From contig JAAYGO010000143.1 of the NCBI GenBank assembly GCA_012727685.1, forward strand, positions 1 through 62,777: a stretch of 62,777 bases of DNA. Reading direction: 5' to 3'. This DNA is from Bacillota bacterium. Its GTDB lineage: Bacteria; Bacillota; Dethiobacteria; DTU022. Positions 28,597 to 39,729 of this stretch are shown here, piece by piece. The position numbers were made by a program, and so were the translations under genes. The notes under the pieces are model-generated. The model was not told the origin of the DNA, did no database searches, and worked only from the letters and a program-made list of their open reading frames with translations. The first letter of the stretch is position 1, and each line of letters begins with the position of its first letter.

Positions 28597-28626
28597 AGTA
28601 TACCTTAAGCAAATTGTCAATGTCAA
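28597..28626 (-). promoter_or_regulatory. candidate sigma-A promoter of rpmH-rnpA operon
   Basis: On the minus strand, TTGACA (28626-28621), an 18 nt spacer, then TATACT (28602-28597). Confidence 0.5.
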
Positions 28627-28816
28627 GATTACGAAAAACAGTTTCATTACCGGTTCAGATGTTTTGATTGCAGTTCAAACACAGATCTGTTAATATATTA
28701 TCTGCCGGTGTAGTATAAAAATGCATCTCATACATAGTTATCCACAAAGATTGTGAACAACTTTGTTATTTATGTTAATAACCTCGTAATATTACTTTCC
28801 AGGGAGGCCTCTTTTT
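28613..28816. other. oriC left part / dnaA upstream region with DnaA boxes
   Basis: Perfect DnaA box TTATCCACA at 28738-28746. One-mismatch box (TGTGAACAA, complement TTGTTCACA) at 28752-28760. AT-rich, and sits at the divergence point of leading-strand gene orientation. Confidence 0.7.
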
Positions 28817-30178
28817 ATGACCGTCAATCTTGATCATATCTGGCAATCGACCCTCTCTGAAATAAGTAAAGAGCTAACCAAGCCCAGTTTTGAAACCTGG
28901 CTAAGATCTACCCGGCCGGTGTCCGTTAATAATGGTTGCCTGGTCATTGAAGTCCCCAATGACTTTACTAAAGAATGGTTTGAAACCCGTTATCGCGATT
29001 TAATAAAAAAAACTTTAAAAAAAATTACTTTGAAAGATTACGATATTTGTTTTACCATCGCCACGGATCTTTTGCCTGAAGAGTTGGAAGTAAATTTTGA
29101 AATTCAAAATCTAGAATCATCGCCTAAAAAAGAAAACCGCAGCATCAATGCTCTATCTTCGTTTAATCCCCGCTATACTTTTGATACATTTGTAGTCGGT
29201 GCGTGCAATCGTCTCTCACATGCTGCCTCTCTGGCTGTCGCCGAAACTCCTTCAAGAGCTTATAATCCGTTGTTTATATACGGGGGAGTTGGTCTGGGTA
29301 AAACACATCTTTTGCACGCGATCGGCCAATACATCATTAATAATCATGGATATCCCCGGGTTCTTTATTTTTCTTCAGAAAAATTTACTAACGAATTTAT
29401 TAATGCTATCCGCGACAACAAAACAGAAGAATTCAGGACAAAATACCGCAATATTGATGTTCTTTTAATCGATGACGTCCAGTTTCTCGCCGGAAAAGAG
29501 CAGACACAGGAAGAATTTTTTCACACTTTTAATGCTTTATATGAAAATAATCGTCAAATTGTGATTTCCAGCGATCGACCGCCGAAAGAAATCCCTACTC
29601 TCGAAGATCGGTTGCGTTCCCGTTTTGAATGGGGCTTAATCACAGATATTCAGCCTCCTGATCTGGAAACACGGATTGCGATTTTAAGAAAAATCGCCCA
29701 ATCTGATGGCTTAGATATTCCCAATGAAGTAATTCAACATATTGCTTCGAAAATTGAAACCAACATCCGTGAGCTTGAGGGGGCGTTGATTAGAATTGTC
29801 GCTTTTGCTTCCCTATCAAAGGCTCCGATTACTTTAAAACTTACCGAGGAAGCTTTAAAAGATTTATTATATACACCGAAAAAAGAAGTGTCTATTAAAA
29901 ACATTATTAAATTTACTGCACTGCACTATAATCTTACAGCGGAAGATTTAAAAGGTAAGAAAAGAACCCAGGATATTGCCATGTCAAGGCAGGTGGCCAT
30001 GTATCTCTCGCGCACTATGACTGATCTTTCTTTACCGAAGATTGGGGAAGAATTTGGAGGGCGGGATCATACCACTGTTCTACACGCGCAAAGAAAAATC
30101 CAGCAAATAATGGAAGAAAACAGTGATTTTAAACAAAAGATTGAAATGATTAAAAATGACATTTTGAATAACCCTTGA
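28817..30178 (+). CDS. dnaA: chromosomal replication initiator protein DnaA
   Basis: 453 aa with AAA+ Walker [14 protein letters not shown], box VII and a C-terminal DNA-binding domain (...HTTVLHA..KI). RBS AGGGAGG. Confidence 0.97.
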   Translation: MTVNLDHIWQSTLSEISKELTKPSFETWLRSTRPVSVNNGCLVIEVPNDFTKEWFETRYRDLIKKTLKKITLKDYDICFTIATDLLPEELEVNFEIQNLESSPKKENRSINALSSFNPRYTFDTFVVGACNRLSHAASLAVAETPSRAYNPLFIYGGVGLGKTHLLHAIGQYIINNHGYPRVLYFSSEKFTNEFINAIRDNKTEEFRTKYRNIDVLLIDDVQFLAGKEQTQEEFFHTFNALYENNRQIVISSDRPPKEIPTLEDRLRSRFEWGLITDIQPPDLETRIAILRKIAQSDGLDIPNEVIQHIASKIETNIRELEGALIRIVAFASLSKAPITLKLTEEALKDLLYTPKKEVSIKNIIKFTALHYNLTAEDLKGKKRTQDIAMSRQVAMYLSRTMTDLSLPKIGEEFGGRDHTTVLHAQRKIQQIMEENSDFKQKIEMIKNDILNNP

Positions 30179-30406
30179 TTTTGATGTGGACAACCTGTTA
30201 AAAAAATGCTTATCTTTATTATGATTTTTTTTCCTCACTATCATTTCCACGGTTTGTCCACAGTTGGTTCGCGATTTAGAGGGAGTAACGACAAGCGTCT
30301 CTGGCGGTTTTCCACATATGCACATCACTTACTGCTAGTACTGTTTATATATCTAAATAATAATCTCTAGTTTATGGTTGTTAATAAACCAGAGGAGTTG
30401 ATAGCG
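30179..30406. other. oriC right part (dnaA-dnaN spacer): DnaA-box cluster plus AT-rich unwinding region
   Basis: DnaA boxes at 30185-30193 (TGTGGACAA), 30254-30262 (TTGTCCACA) and 30308-30316 (TTTTCCACA). These are followed by CTTACTGCTAGTACTG (30328-30343, trio-like) and an AT-rich stretch at 30344-30390. Confidence 0.8.
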
Positions 30407-31507
30407 GTGAAGATTCAAATTCAAAAAAATGAATTTAACAGTTATTTAAATATCGTAGAAAAGGCCTTGCCGATTCGCTCAACTATACCGGCCATAAACA
30501 ATATTTTATTGCAAAGCGATAATAAAAAACTGACTTTAACTGCTACCAACCTGGAATTGGCGATTAAAGTCACGATTCCTTTTGAAGGGGAAGCAGGCGC
30601 TATCCTTCTCCCCTCCAAAATTGTCGATATTGTGAGGTATTTGCCCGAAACTGACGCATCTTTAGATTTAAATTGGGAAACATTTCGGATTAATATAGAA
30701 AGTGGACCGTCCAATTTTCTTTTGAATGGTTCAGATCCGGCCGATTATCCTCTTATTGAAGAGATCAGCCTTCCCGAAGGGGCGTTTAAAATTAAAACGT
30801 CAACTTTAAAACAGGTTTTAAGAGAAGTCGTGTTTGTGGCTTCCACCGAGGAAAGTAGGCCGGCTTTTAATGGCGTGTTATTTGAATTTAAAGAAAATGG
30901 CATTACTCTAACCGCTTCAGATACTTACCGCCTTGTCATTAGAGAGATAACCGGCTACTCTTTTTCTTTTGAAAAACAGCGCTACCTGATACCGGCCAAG
31001 TCATTGCGTGAATTGATGAAAGTGCTTGATGAAGATGCAGAATATGTTTCTATTTTCCCTGATCGTGAACAGCTAGTATTTTATTTTAATAATATTCACT
31101 TCATGACGCGAGTTTTGAATGAAAAATATCCTGATGTCCGGGGTGTTATTCCAAAACAGTATCAAACCCGGATTAAGGTAGAAAGAAAGCCTTTAGAAGA
31201 AACGATCAGCCGTGCCACTTTACTGGCTGAAGGAATCAACCAGGTAATTCAACTCGAAATCGCTGACCAGCTAATTAAAGTTAAAGTCTCTTCGCAGCTA
31301 GGTTCCATGGAAGAAACGCTACCTACCGCTCAGGAAGGAGATCCGCTTGCTATTTATGTTAATTCACGTTTTATTTTGGATATATTAAAAGTTGTTGAAG
31401 AAAAGGAGCTGTTTATTGATCTGCACGGCAAGGAAGGGCCGATCATCTTTCGCATACCGGACGATGAAAACTTCCTCTATCTTGTTTTACCGATAAAAAT
31501 GGGATAA
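30407..31507 (+). CDS. dnaN: DNA polymerase III beta sliding clamp
   Basis: VKIQIQKNEF... is typical of the clamp start. GTG 30407 has GAGGAG 9 nt upstream. Three-domain length of 366 aa. Confidence 0.95.
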   Translation: MKIQIQKNEFNSYLNIVEKALPIRSTIPAINNILLQSDNKKLTLTATNLELAIKVTIPFEGEAGAILLPSKIVDIVRYLPETDASLDLNWETFRINIESGPSNFLLNGSDPADYPLIEEISLPEGAFKIKTSTLKQVLREVVFVASTEESRPAFNGVLFEFKENGITLTASDTYRLVIREITGYSFSFEKQRYLIPAKSLRELMKVLDEDAEYVSIFPDREQLVFYFNNIHFMTRVLNEKYPDVRGVIPKQYQTRIKVERKPLEETISRATLLAEGINQVIQLEIADQLIKVKVSSQLGSMEETLPTAQEGDPLAIYVNSRFILDILKVVEEKELFIDLHGKEGPIIFRIPDDENFLYLVLPIKMG

Positions 31508-31527
31508 CAAATTAAAGAGGCATCCAT

Positions 31528-32655
31528 TTGTATTTAGAAAATATCTCTCTAAAAAATTTTCGCAATTACAGCGTACAGACTGTATCATTTCATCCAGATA
31601 TTAATATTCTTTTCGGTTCTAATGCACAGGGCAAGACTAATCTCTTGGAGGCAATCTACTATCTCTGTACATCGCGATCTTTTAGAACCAACAATGACCA
31701 GGAACTGATTAAGAAAGGATCTAACTTTTTTTTTATTAAAGGTTCCTTCCGCAGAAATGAAAGTAATTATTTGGTGGAAACCGGTTACCAGTATCCGCAG
31801 GGCGTCAAGATAAAATTAAACTCAAAAGAGATCAAAAGAAGCGCCTTTATCCACCAAATTCCTGTGGTAATATTTTGTCCTGAAGATATCTTGTTGCTTA
31901 AAGAAGGCCCTGCATTAAGGCGGAGATTTTTAAATCTGGAAGGCTCCAGGTTAAATCCGCTCTACTATACTAATTTTAAAGATTATTTTAGAGCGCTGCA
32001 GCAGCGAAACCGCTTGCTTAAAGAACACCGTCACGGCATTTTAGATCCCGCCTTACTGGAACCATGGGATCAGGAGCTGGTTAAGCTCGGTGCAGCGATT
32101 ATCAGGATGCGCATCGCCATGCTTAAAGACCTGGAGCAGCAATCATTTATTTTTTTCAACTTGCTCACCGGTGCGCTTGAGTCACTTTCCATCATGTATC
32201 AAAGCAGCATTGATTATCAAGATCACTTGGAGCATCTTGAAGATAGTTTTAGGTTGCAACTAAAAAAAAATCTGGCGCTGGATCAAAAAAGGGGATATAC
32301 TTCTGTCGGACCACATCTCGATGATTTTAGCGTTGCGATTAATGGCCTGGACGCACGAAAATTTGCCTCACAAGGACAACAAAGGACAGCCGTGCTGGCT
32401 CTTAAGATGGGCGAGTTAGCTCTTTTTAAACAGGCCGGCGGTGCAGAGCCGATTGTTTTACTGGACGATGTTTTTTCGGAATTCGATCAGCGGAGGCAAC
32501 AACATCTTTTTACTTATTTATCAGAGAGGGATGGCCAATCTTTCATCACAACGGCTGTAAAAATAAAGCATTTTGAAACCGGCCCAAAAAAGCGCTTTAA
32601 TATTTTTACAGTCTGTAAGGGGAAAATAGATGCAGGAAGTCGGCTTGATTATTAA
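31528..32655 (+). CDS. recF: DNA replication and repair protein RecF
   Basis: MYLENISLKNFRNY, Walker A GSNAQGKTNLLEA, signature FASQGQQRT and Walker B LLDDV. Confidence 0.95.
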   Translation: MYLENISLKNFRNYSVQTVSFHPDINILFGSNAQGKTNLLEAIYYLCTSRSFRTNNDQELIKKGSNFFFIKGSFRRNESNYLVETGYQYPQGVKIKLNSKEIKRSAFIHQIPVVIFCPEDILLLKEGPALRRRFLNLEGSRLNPLYYTNFKDYFRALQQRNRLLKEHRHGILDPALLEPWDQELVKLGAAIIRMRIAMLKDLEQQSFIFFNLLTGALESLSIMYQSSIDYQDHLEHLEDSFRLQLKKNLALDQKRGYTSVGPHLDDFSVAINGLDARKFASQGQQRTAVLALKMGELALFKQAGGAEPIVLLDDVFSEFDQRRQQHLFTYLSERDGQSFITTAVKIKHFETGPKKRFNIFTVCKGKIDAGSRLDY

Positions 32656-33031
32656 TCAAATTTTACAACAAAAAAAAATGTGGAACCGTTGTCGGCAACT
32701 GCTCATTATTGATAAGTGGAATGAGCTGGTTGGAAGAGAGATCGGGGCGGTTACCAGGGCAAAACAGGTAAATAAAAAAGTAATTCATGTCCTGGTAAAG
32801 GATTCGACCTGGTCCTATCACTTAACCTTGCTTAAACCACAATTACTGGAGAAGATTAACCGGTTTGCGGGGGAAGCGATGATTAAAGATATTATTTTTC
32901 AAATCGGAGATGTCGGGCAAACCGGAATGAACGTGAATGAGCACAAAGCCAGTGGCCAACCAGGCTCTGATGAAGAATGTTTCCTGGAAAAAATTAGAAA
33001 CCTAAAAAAACTGGTCTCCAGCAACGACTAG
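32630..33031 (+). CDS. DUF721 (DciA-family) protein
   Basis: 133 aa with a W..IVG..IA..T....l..g.L.V.V.ss.W...L-like pattern (KWNELVGREIGAVTRAKQVNKKVIHVLVKDSTWSYHL). Classic recF-DUF721-gyrB position. Confidence 0.65.
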   Translation: MQEVGLIINQILQQKKMWNRCRQLLIIDKWNELVGREIGAVTRAKQVNKKVIHVLVKDSTWSYHLTLLKPQLLEKINRFAGEAMIKDIIFQIGDVGQTGMNVNEHKASGQPGSDEECFLEKIRNLKKLVSSND

Positions 33032-33057
33032 CCTCGAGAACAAGGAGGAAGGCAAAA

Positions 33058-33303
33058 TTGTTTTTACATATCGGTGATTCGCGTATTGTTTTTTTTCATG
33101 ACCTCGTTGGTATATTTGATTTAGATTTAAGAAAAAACCCGGTGAATAAGCAATTTTTAGAATCTGCTCCGGATACGAGGTTTACAGAAGCCGGCATTTT
33201 TAAAGAGAATAAATCCTTTATCGTTACTACTGATAAGGTGTATCTATCACCGATTGCTCCGACAACTTTAGCCCGCCGGCGAAGCGTGCGTTCCATGAAA
33301 TAG
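33058..33303 (+). CDS. remB: RemB/YaaB-like small protein (DUF370)
   Basis: 81 aa. MFLHIGDSRIVFFHDLVGIFDL...SFIVTTDKVYLSPI resembles B. subtilis YaaB and occupies the same slot upstream of gyrB. TTG start with an AAGGAGG RBS. Confidence 0.6.
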   Translation: MFLHIGDSRIVFFHDLVGIFDLDLRKNPVNKQFLESAPDTRFTEAGIFKENKSFIVTTDKVYLSPIAPTTLARRRSVRSMK

Positions 33304-33373
33304 TTTATAATAGAAAGGGATATGAATTGCTTTAATGTCCTGTAAGGTGTATTGCGGTATTGGTAGGAGGTAA

Positions 33374-35302
<1,929 letters not shown>

Positions 35303-35335
35303 AGATGGGTAATTGCTATCGGTTAGATTGGGAAT

Positions 35336-35361
35336 AAATGCCGGGAGTTTCCCGGCTATTT
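35336..35361. terminator. bidirectional hairpin terminator between convergent gyrB and the YkoF-like gene
   Basis: GCCGGGA-GTT-TCCCGGC (35340-35356) is flanked by an A-rich 5' side and TATTT on the 3' side. Confidence 0.5.
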
Positions 35362-35592
35362 GGCGGCGTTGGTAATGGTTACGACCATGCTGACTTCGCC
35401 CGATTGACCGGCGCTGCTAAACATTTTCTGGAGATTCGACCAGACTTCCTCTTCTTCACCTTCCAGGTAAGTGCTGATGGAGCCGACGTGGTAATCAACA
35501 GCCTGGCCATCGAGCTTATTAATGGCTTCATTGATCACGTTTGTGGCTTGGGTCGTTTTTAAAGGATAAATCGATACTTCTGCGCTGATCAT
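35356..35592 (-). CDS. MTH1187/YkoF-family (UPF0045) thiamine-binding-like small protein
   Basis: 78 aa. MISAEVSIYPLKT...YHVGSISTYLEG fits the MTH1187 ferredoxin-like fold pattern. It is the only minus-strand gene right of oriC. Confidence 0.6.
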   Translation of the reverse strand: MISAEVSIYPLKTTQATNVINEAINKLDGQAVDYHVGSISTYLEGEEEEVWSNLQKMFSSAGQSGEVSMVVTITNAAK

Positions 35593-35928
35593 ACTGCCAT
35601 CCCCTTGATCTTGTTTTCTCTAGTTTTATTCTATCCGGTGCATCATATACGCAAAAACAGCGCTTTCGAGTTTTCAATATTGTCTAGCCAAGGTTATTAA
35701 TGACATATACTAACATTAATTTGTTTATCCCTTTTCCGTTAATAGTACGTGTGGTAGAATAATGTTGTTATGCAGTTGCTAAAAAATTCTCCGCCGGGCG
35801 GGAGAAAGCAGAAGCATGTCCTAATCGCATTGTGTTAACAATAATTCTGAAACGTTCTATAGTAAAAAAAGTCTTGTACAAAAAGCTGTGCTCCAATTCA
35901 GGGTCCAGAAGGAGAGTATCAATGATCA

Positions 35929-38346
35929 ATGGACAATAGAGATAAAATCATCCCCGTAAACATCCACGAAGAGGTTAAAACTTCTTTTCTTGATTACGCC
36001 ATGAGCGTAATCATCAGCAGGGCGCTGCCCGATGTACGGGACGGTTTGAAGCCGGTCCACCGCCGCATCCTTTACGGTATGTTTGAAATGGGGTCCACGC
36101 CGGATAAACCATACCGGAAATCGGCCCGGATTGTCGGTGAAGTGATGGGTAAATATCACCCCCACGGAGACGTGGCCCTATACGATACCTTGGCCCGAAT
36201 GGCTCAGGATTTTTCCATCCGCTATCCCCTGGTAGACGGCCATGGAAACTTCGGCTCTGTAGACGGCGATTCCCCCGCGGCGATGCGCTATACAGAAGCA
36301 CGCCTTGCTACGATAGCCATGGAAATGCTGGCGGACTTGCAAAAGGATACCGTTGATTTCAGGCCGAACTTCGATGAAAGCCTGAAGGAGCCAGTTGTTC
36401 TGCCCTCCCGCTTCCCCAATTTGCTGGCCAACGGTGCTTCCGGTATTGCTGTCGGCATGGCTACCAATATTCCGCCCCATAACCTCGGTGAACTGATCGA
36501 TGCCCTTGAATACCTGATCAGCCATCCCGATGCCTCCGTCCAGGAGCTGATGCGCTTTATACCAGGGCCCGATTTTCCGACCGGCGGGATCATTGTTGGC
36601 CATGAAGGGATTCGCAACGCTTATCAAACCGGGCGCGGTATTTTAAAAATCCGCGGGCGGATTCAGATTGATGTGAAAAATAAAGGACGGACCCAGTTAA
36701 TCATCACCGAGCTCCCTTATCAGCAGAATAAGGCCAAGCTCGTGGAAAAAATTGCGAGCCTGGTAAAAGAGAAAAAGATAGAGGGCATTATGGAGCTGCG
36801 GGATGAGTCCGACCGCAGCGGTATCAGGATCGTGATGGAGATTAAAAAAGATTATGAACCGCAGGTGATCATCAACCAGCTTTACCGGTATACACCGCTG
36901 CAGCAGACCTTTGGCGTGATCATGCTCGTTCTGGTCGACGGTCAGCCGAAAGTATTAAATCTTAAAGAAATGTTGTCCCATTACCTTGATCATCAAAAAG
37001 AGGTTATTTTGAGGCGGAGCCGTTTTGACTTGAACAAGGCGGAGGAGCGGCTGCACATTGTTGAAGGTTTGCTTATCGCCCTCTCCAGGATCGATGAAGT
37101 GATCGCCCTGATCCGCCGTTCCCGCGATGGCCGCAGCGCGCGGACAGGCCTGATGGAGCTGCTTTCTATCACCGAGAAGCAGGCCCAGGCCATCCTTGAA
37201 ATTACCCTGCAGCGCCTCACCCAGATGGAGATTTCAAAAGTGGAAGAAGAACACCGTGAGCTGCTGGAGCAGATTGCTTATCTGCGCCGCATTTTAAACG
37301 AAGAAGCTTTGGTGATGTCGATCATCGGTGATGAACTTAAGGCCATCAAAAAAAAGCATGCCGATGAGCGGAGAACCCAGATTACTGTCGATGAAGGAGA
37401 CATCGATATTACCGATTTGATTTTCCAGGAAGATGTGGTCATCACCCTGACGGAAAAAGGTTATATCAAGCGCCTGCCCGTGGACACCTACCGCAGCCAG
37501 CGGCGCGGCGGCAGGGGGATCGTGGGAATGCAAACCCACGAGGATGACCGGGTGGAGCAGTGCCACGTTGCCTCCACCCATGATCAACTGCTCTGCTTCA
37601 GCAACCGGGGTAAGGTATACTTATTGCCGGTTCACGAAATACCTGAATTTGGGCGCCAGGCCCGGGGTTTGGCCCTGGTCAATTTGCTGCCATTGGAGAA
37701 AAAGGAATATGTCACGGCCACCCTGCCGATTAAAGAATATGCACCTGATCGCTACCTGCTGATGATTACCGCTCTCGGTAATATCAAGAAAACTTCTTTG
37801 AAGGAATTCCGCAATGCCCGGAAGACAGGGTTGGTCGCCATCAATCTGGCGCCTGACGACGATTTAATCGCGGTGCTGCTGACCGATGGGCGCCAGGAAG
37901 TGATTATCGGCACTGAAGAAGGCATGTTTATACGCTTTCCAGAGATGGATGTCCGGCCGATGGGCCGGGCGGCACGAGGCGTTAAGGCGATCACCCTGAC
38001 TCCTGGCGTGAGAATTGTCGGCAGCGGTTTAATCGGCGCTGGCACGCATCTCCTCATGGTTTCAGCCCTTGGGTACGGGAAGCGGGTTTCCGTGGAAGAG
38101 TTTAGGGGCCAGCGACGGGGCGGGAAAGGTTTAATCGGGATGAAGATTAGCGAAGAGAGCGGGCCTTTGACCGGCTTTATTGTGACCGGGAAGGAAGATA
38201 AAGAATATATGCTCATCACAGCCCGGGGCATCGTCATCCGGCAGTTCATCGAAGAGGTATCTCAACAGAAGCGTTATTCCCGCGGCGTCACCTTGATGCG
38301 CCTTGATGAAGGCGACCGGGTGGTAAATTTAATCGGTTTGGACTAG
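35929..38346 (+). CDS. gyrA: DNA gyrase subunit A
   Basis: [12 protein letters not shown], the active-site [10 protein letters not shown], a GyrA box QRRGGRG and C-terminal beta-pinwheel repeats. 805 aa. Confidence 0.97.
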   Translation: MDNRDKIIPVNIHEEVKTSFLDYAMSVIISRALPDVRDGLKPVHRRILYGMFEMGSTPDKPYRKSARIVGEVMGKYHPHGDVALYDTLARMAQDFSIRYPLVDGHGNFGSVDGDSPAAMRYTEARLATIAMEMLADLQKDTVDFRPNFDESLKEPVVLPSRFPNLLANGASGIAVGMATNIPPHNLGELIDALEYLISHPDASVQELMRFIPGPDFPTGGIIVGHEGIRNAYQTGRGILKIRGRIQIDVKNKGRTQLIITELPYQQNKAKLVEKIASLVKEKKIEGIMELRDESDRSGIRIVMEIKKDYEPQVIINQLYRYTPLQQTFGVIMLVLVDGQPKVLNLKEMLSHYLDHQKEVILRRSRFDLNKAEERLHIVEGLLIALSRIDEVIALIRRSRDGRSARTGLMELLSITEKQAQAILEITLQRLTQMEISKVEEEHRELLEQIAYLRRILNEEALVMSIIGDELKAIKKKHADERRTQITVDEGDIDITDLIFQEDVVITLTEKGYIKRLPVDTYRSQRRGGRGIVGMQTHEDDRVEQCHVASTHDQLLCFSNRGKVYLLPVHEIPEFGRQARGLALVNLLPLEKKEYVTATLPIKEYAPDRYLLMITALGNIKKTSLKEFRNARKTGLVAINLAPDDDLIAVLLTDGRQEVIIGTEEGMFIRFPEMDVRPMGRAARGVKAITLTPGVRIVGSGLIGAGTHLLMVSALGYGKRVSVEEFRGQRRGGKGLIGMKISEESGPLTGFIVTGKEDKEYMLITARGIVIRQFIEEVSQQKRYSRGVTLMRLDEGDRVVNLIGLD

Positions 38347-38361
38347 AATGGGGTAAATCTA

Positions 38362-39687
38362 GTGAAGCGCTGGTGTAATCTATTTACGCCCCTTTTCCTG
38401 GCCGGATTATTATTCTTCAATGGTTCTTTCATCCCCGGGTGTGGCCGGGGTGTTTCCGAGCGCAGTTACACAGAAACCCCGCTGAGCGGTGATGTGATCA
38501 TCATCGGCAATACCATTGACGCCCTGATTGCCGCCCTGGAGGCGGCCCGGCAGGGAGCGGCTGTCCTAGTCTTTTCTAAAGAGTCCAGTGAGGATCATTG
38601 GCCCTGGACTGAAGGTGTAGCCGCTCTTGTGGATGAAGAGCCTGAAAACGGAGAAGCGGCCTACTCTTTAAAAGAATGGTTCTCCCTGCATGGCGGTGGA
38701 AAAGGCCAGGAGTGGTTTTACGATCTGCTGGCCGGGCAGATTAAAACCGATTTGGAATGGTTTTCCGGGGAGATCGGAGCGACCTGGCTAGAGGGTAGCC
38801 CCTATCTTCTATCCCCCGGCAATCTTTCGCTGCCCCAGCTTCAAGAAAGGCTGGAGGCTGCTGCCGGGCTGGAGGGAGTGCGCTTCTTTAAGGGGACCGA
38901 TGTGGAAGAAATTCTCTTTGAAGAACGGAGCGGTGCCGCCATGGGGATCCGTTTTAAGGAGGCTTCGGGGAAGGCTAGAGTAGCCTATGCCCCGGCGTTA
39001 ATCCTGGCTGACGGCGGCATTCTCGGCCATGAAGAGCTGGTGCAAACGCTGGCACCGGCCGTGATCAGCGCCCCCTGGAGGCGCAGTCAGTCCGGCTGGG
39101 GATGGGAGCTCTGTCTGGACCTTGGCCTGGACCTGGTTGAGCCGAACCTGTTTGCCTATGCCCCGGCTTTTAAGGAAGACGAGGGATGGGTGGAGGCGAA
39201 ATGGCCGGAGAAGGCACTCCTGCTGGTAGATGACAGCATCATCCCGGTGGCTGGAAGAGAGAAAGAAGCTCTCGTTTCGGCGCTGCTGGAAAATCAATCC
39301 GGGGCCGGCTACCTGATTATTGCCGAAGCTCAATTGCGCGCGGAAGAGGAGCAGGAGCTCAACTGGCCCCGGTTTGCCGGTATCGACTCTTTTTTGGAGG
39401 CATATCAGCTGGATTTGCCTCAACTGAGAAGATGGTATAGTCAACCCTGGGGTGATTTCCGGGCCCGCCCGGTCCAGGCGATTGCCGAATATTGCCTTGG
39501 CGGATTTGCTGTAAACGAGCATGGCCAGTTGTTGCGCAAAGGTAAGCCCGTTTCGGGGCTGTATGGTGTTGGTGAGATTACGGGCGGGCTGCACGGCACC
39601 GGCCTGGCACCGGGTGCCGCACTTGCAGAAGCGATTGTTTTCGGCCGTTATGTCGGCAGGGAAGCAGCGCTGCAATCGCAACAATGA
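38362..39687 (+). CDS. putative lipoprotein of the FAD-binding_2 (fumarate reductase/flavocytochrome-like) family with degenerate dinucleotide motif
   Basis: Signal/lipobox-like MKRWCNLFTPLFLAGLLFFNGSFIPGC. C-terminal GLYGVGEITGGLHGTGLAPGAALAEAIVFGR is typical of FAD_binding_2 enzymes. The N-terminal motif reads IIIGNTIDA instead of GxGxxG. Confidence 0.6.
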   Translation: MKRWCNLFTPLFLAGLLFFNGSFIPGCGRGVSERSYTETPLSGDVIIIGNTIDALIAALEAARQGAAVLVFSKESSEDHWPWTEGVAALVDEEPENGEAAYSLKEWFSLHGGGKGQEWFYDLLAGQIKTDLEWFSGEIGATWLEGSPYLLSPGNLSLPQLQERLEAAAGLEGVRFFKGTDVEEILFEERSGAAMGIRFKEASGKARVAYAPALILADGGILGHEELVQTLAPAVISAPWRRSQSGWGWELCLDLGLDLVEPNLFAYAPAFKEDEGWVEAKWPEKALLLVDDSIIPVAGREKEALVSALLENQSGAGYLIIAEAQLRAEEEQELNWPRFAGIDSFLEAYQLDLPQLRRWYSQPWGDFRARPVQAIAEYCLGGFAVNEHGQLLRKGKPVSGLYGVGEITGGLHGTGLAPGAALAEAIVFGRYVGREAALQSQQ

Positions 39688-39729
39688 TTGCGATCATAAA
39701 TCATATACTTAAACATTAGAGGTGGTGGC

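Noticed and set aside
38998-39684. 228-aa minus-strand ORF
   Set aside because: It is antisense to the FAD_binding_2-like gene, whose C-terminal flavoenzyme signature supports the plus-strand frame.
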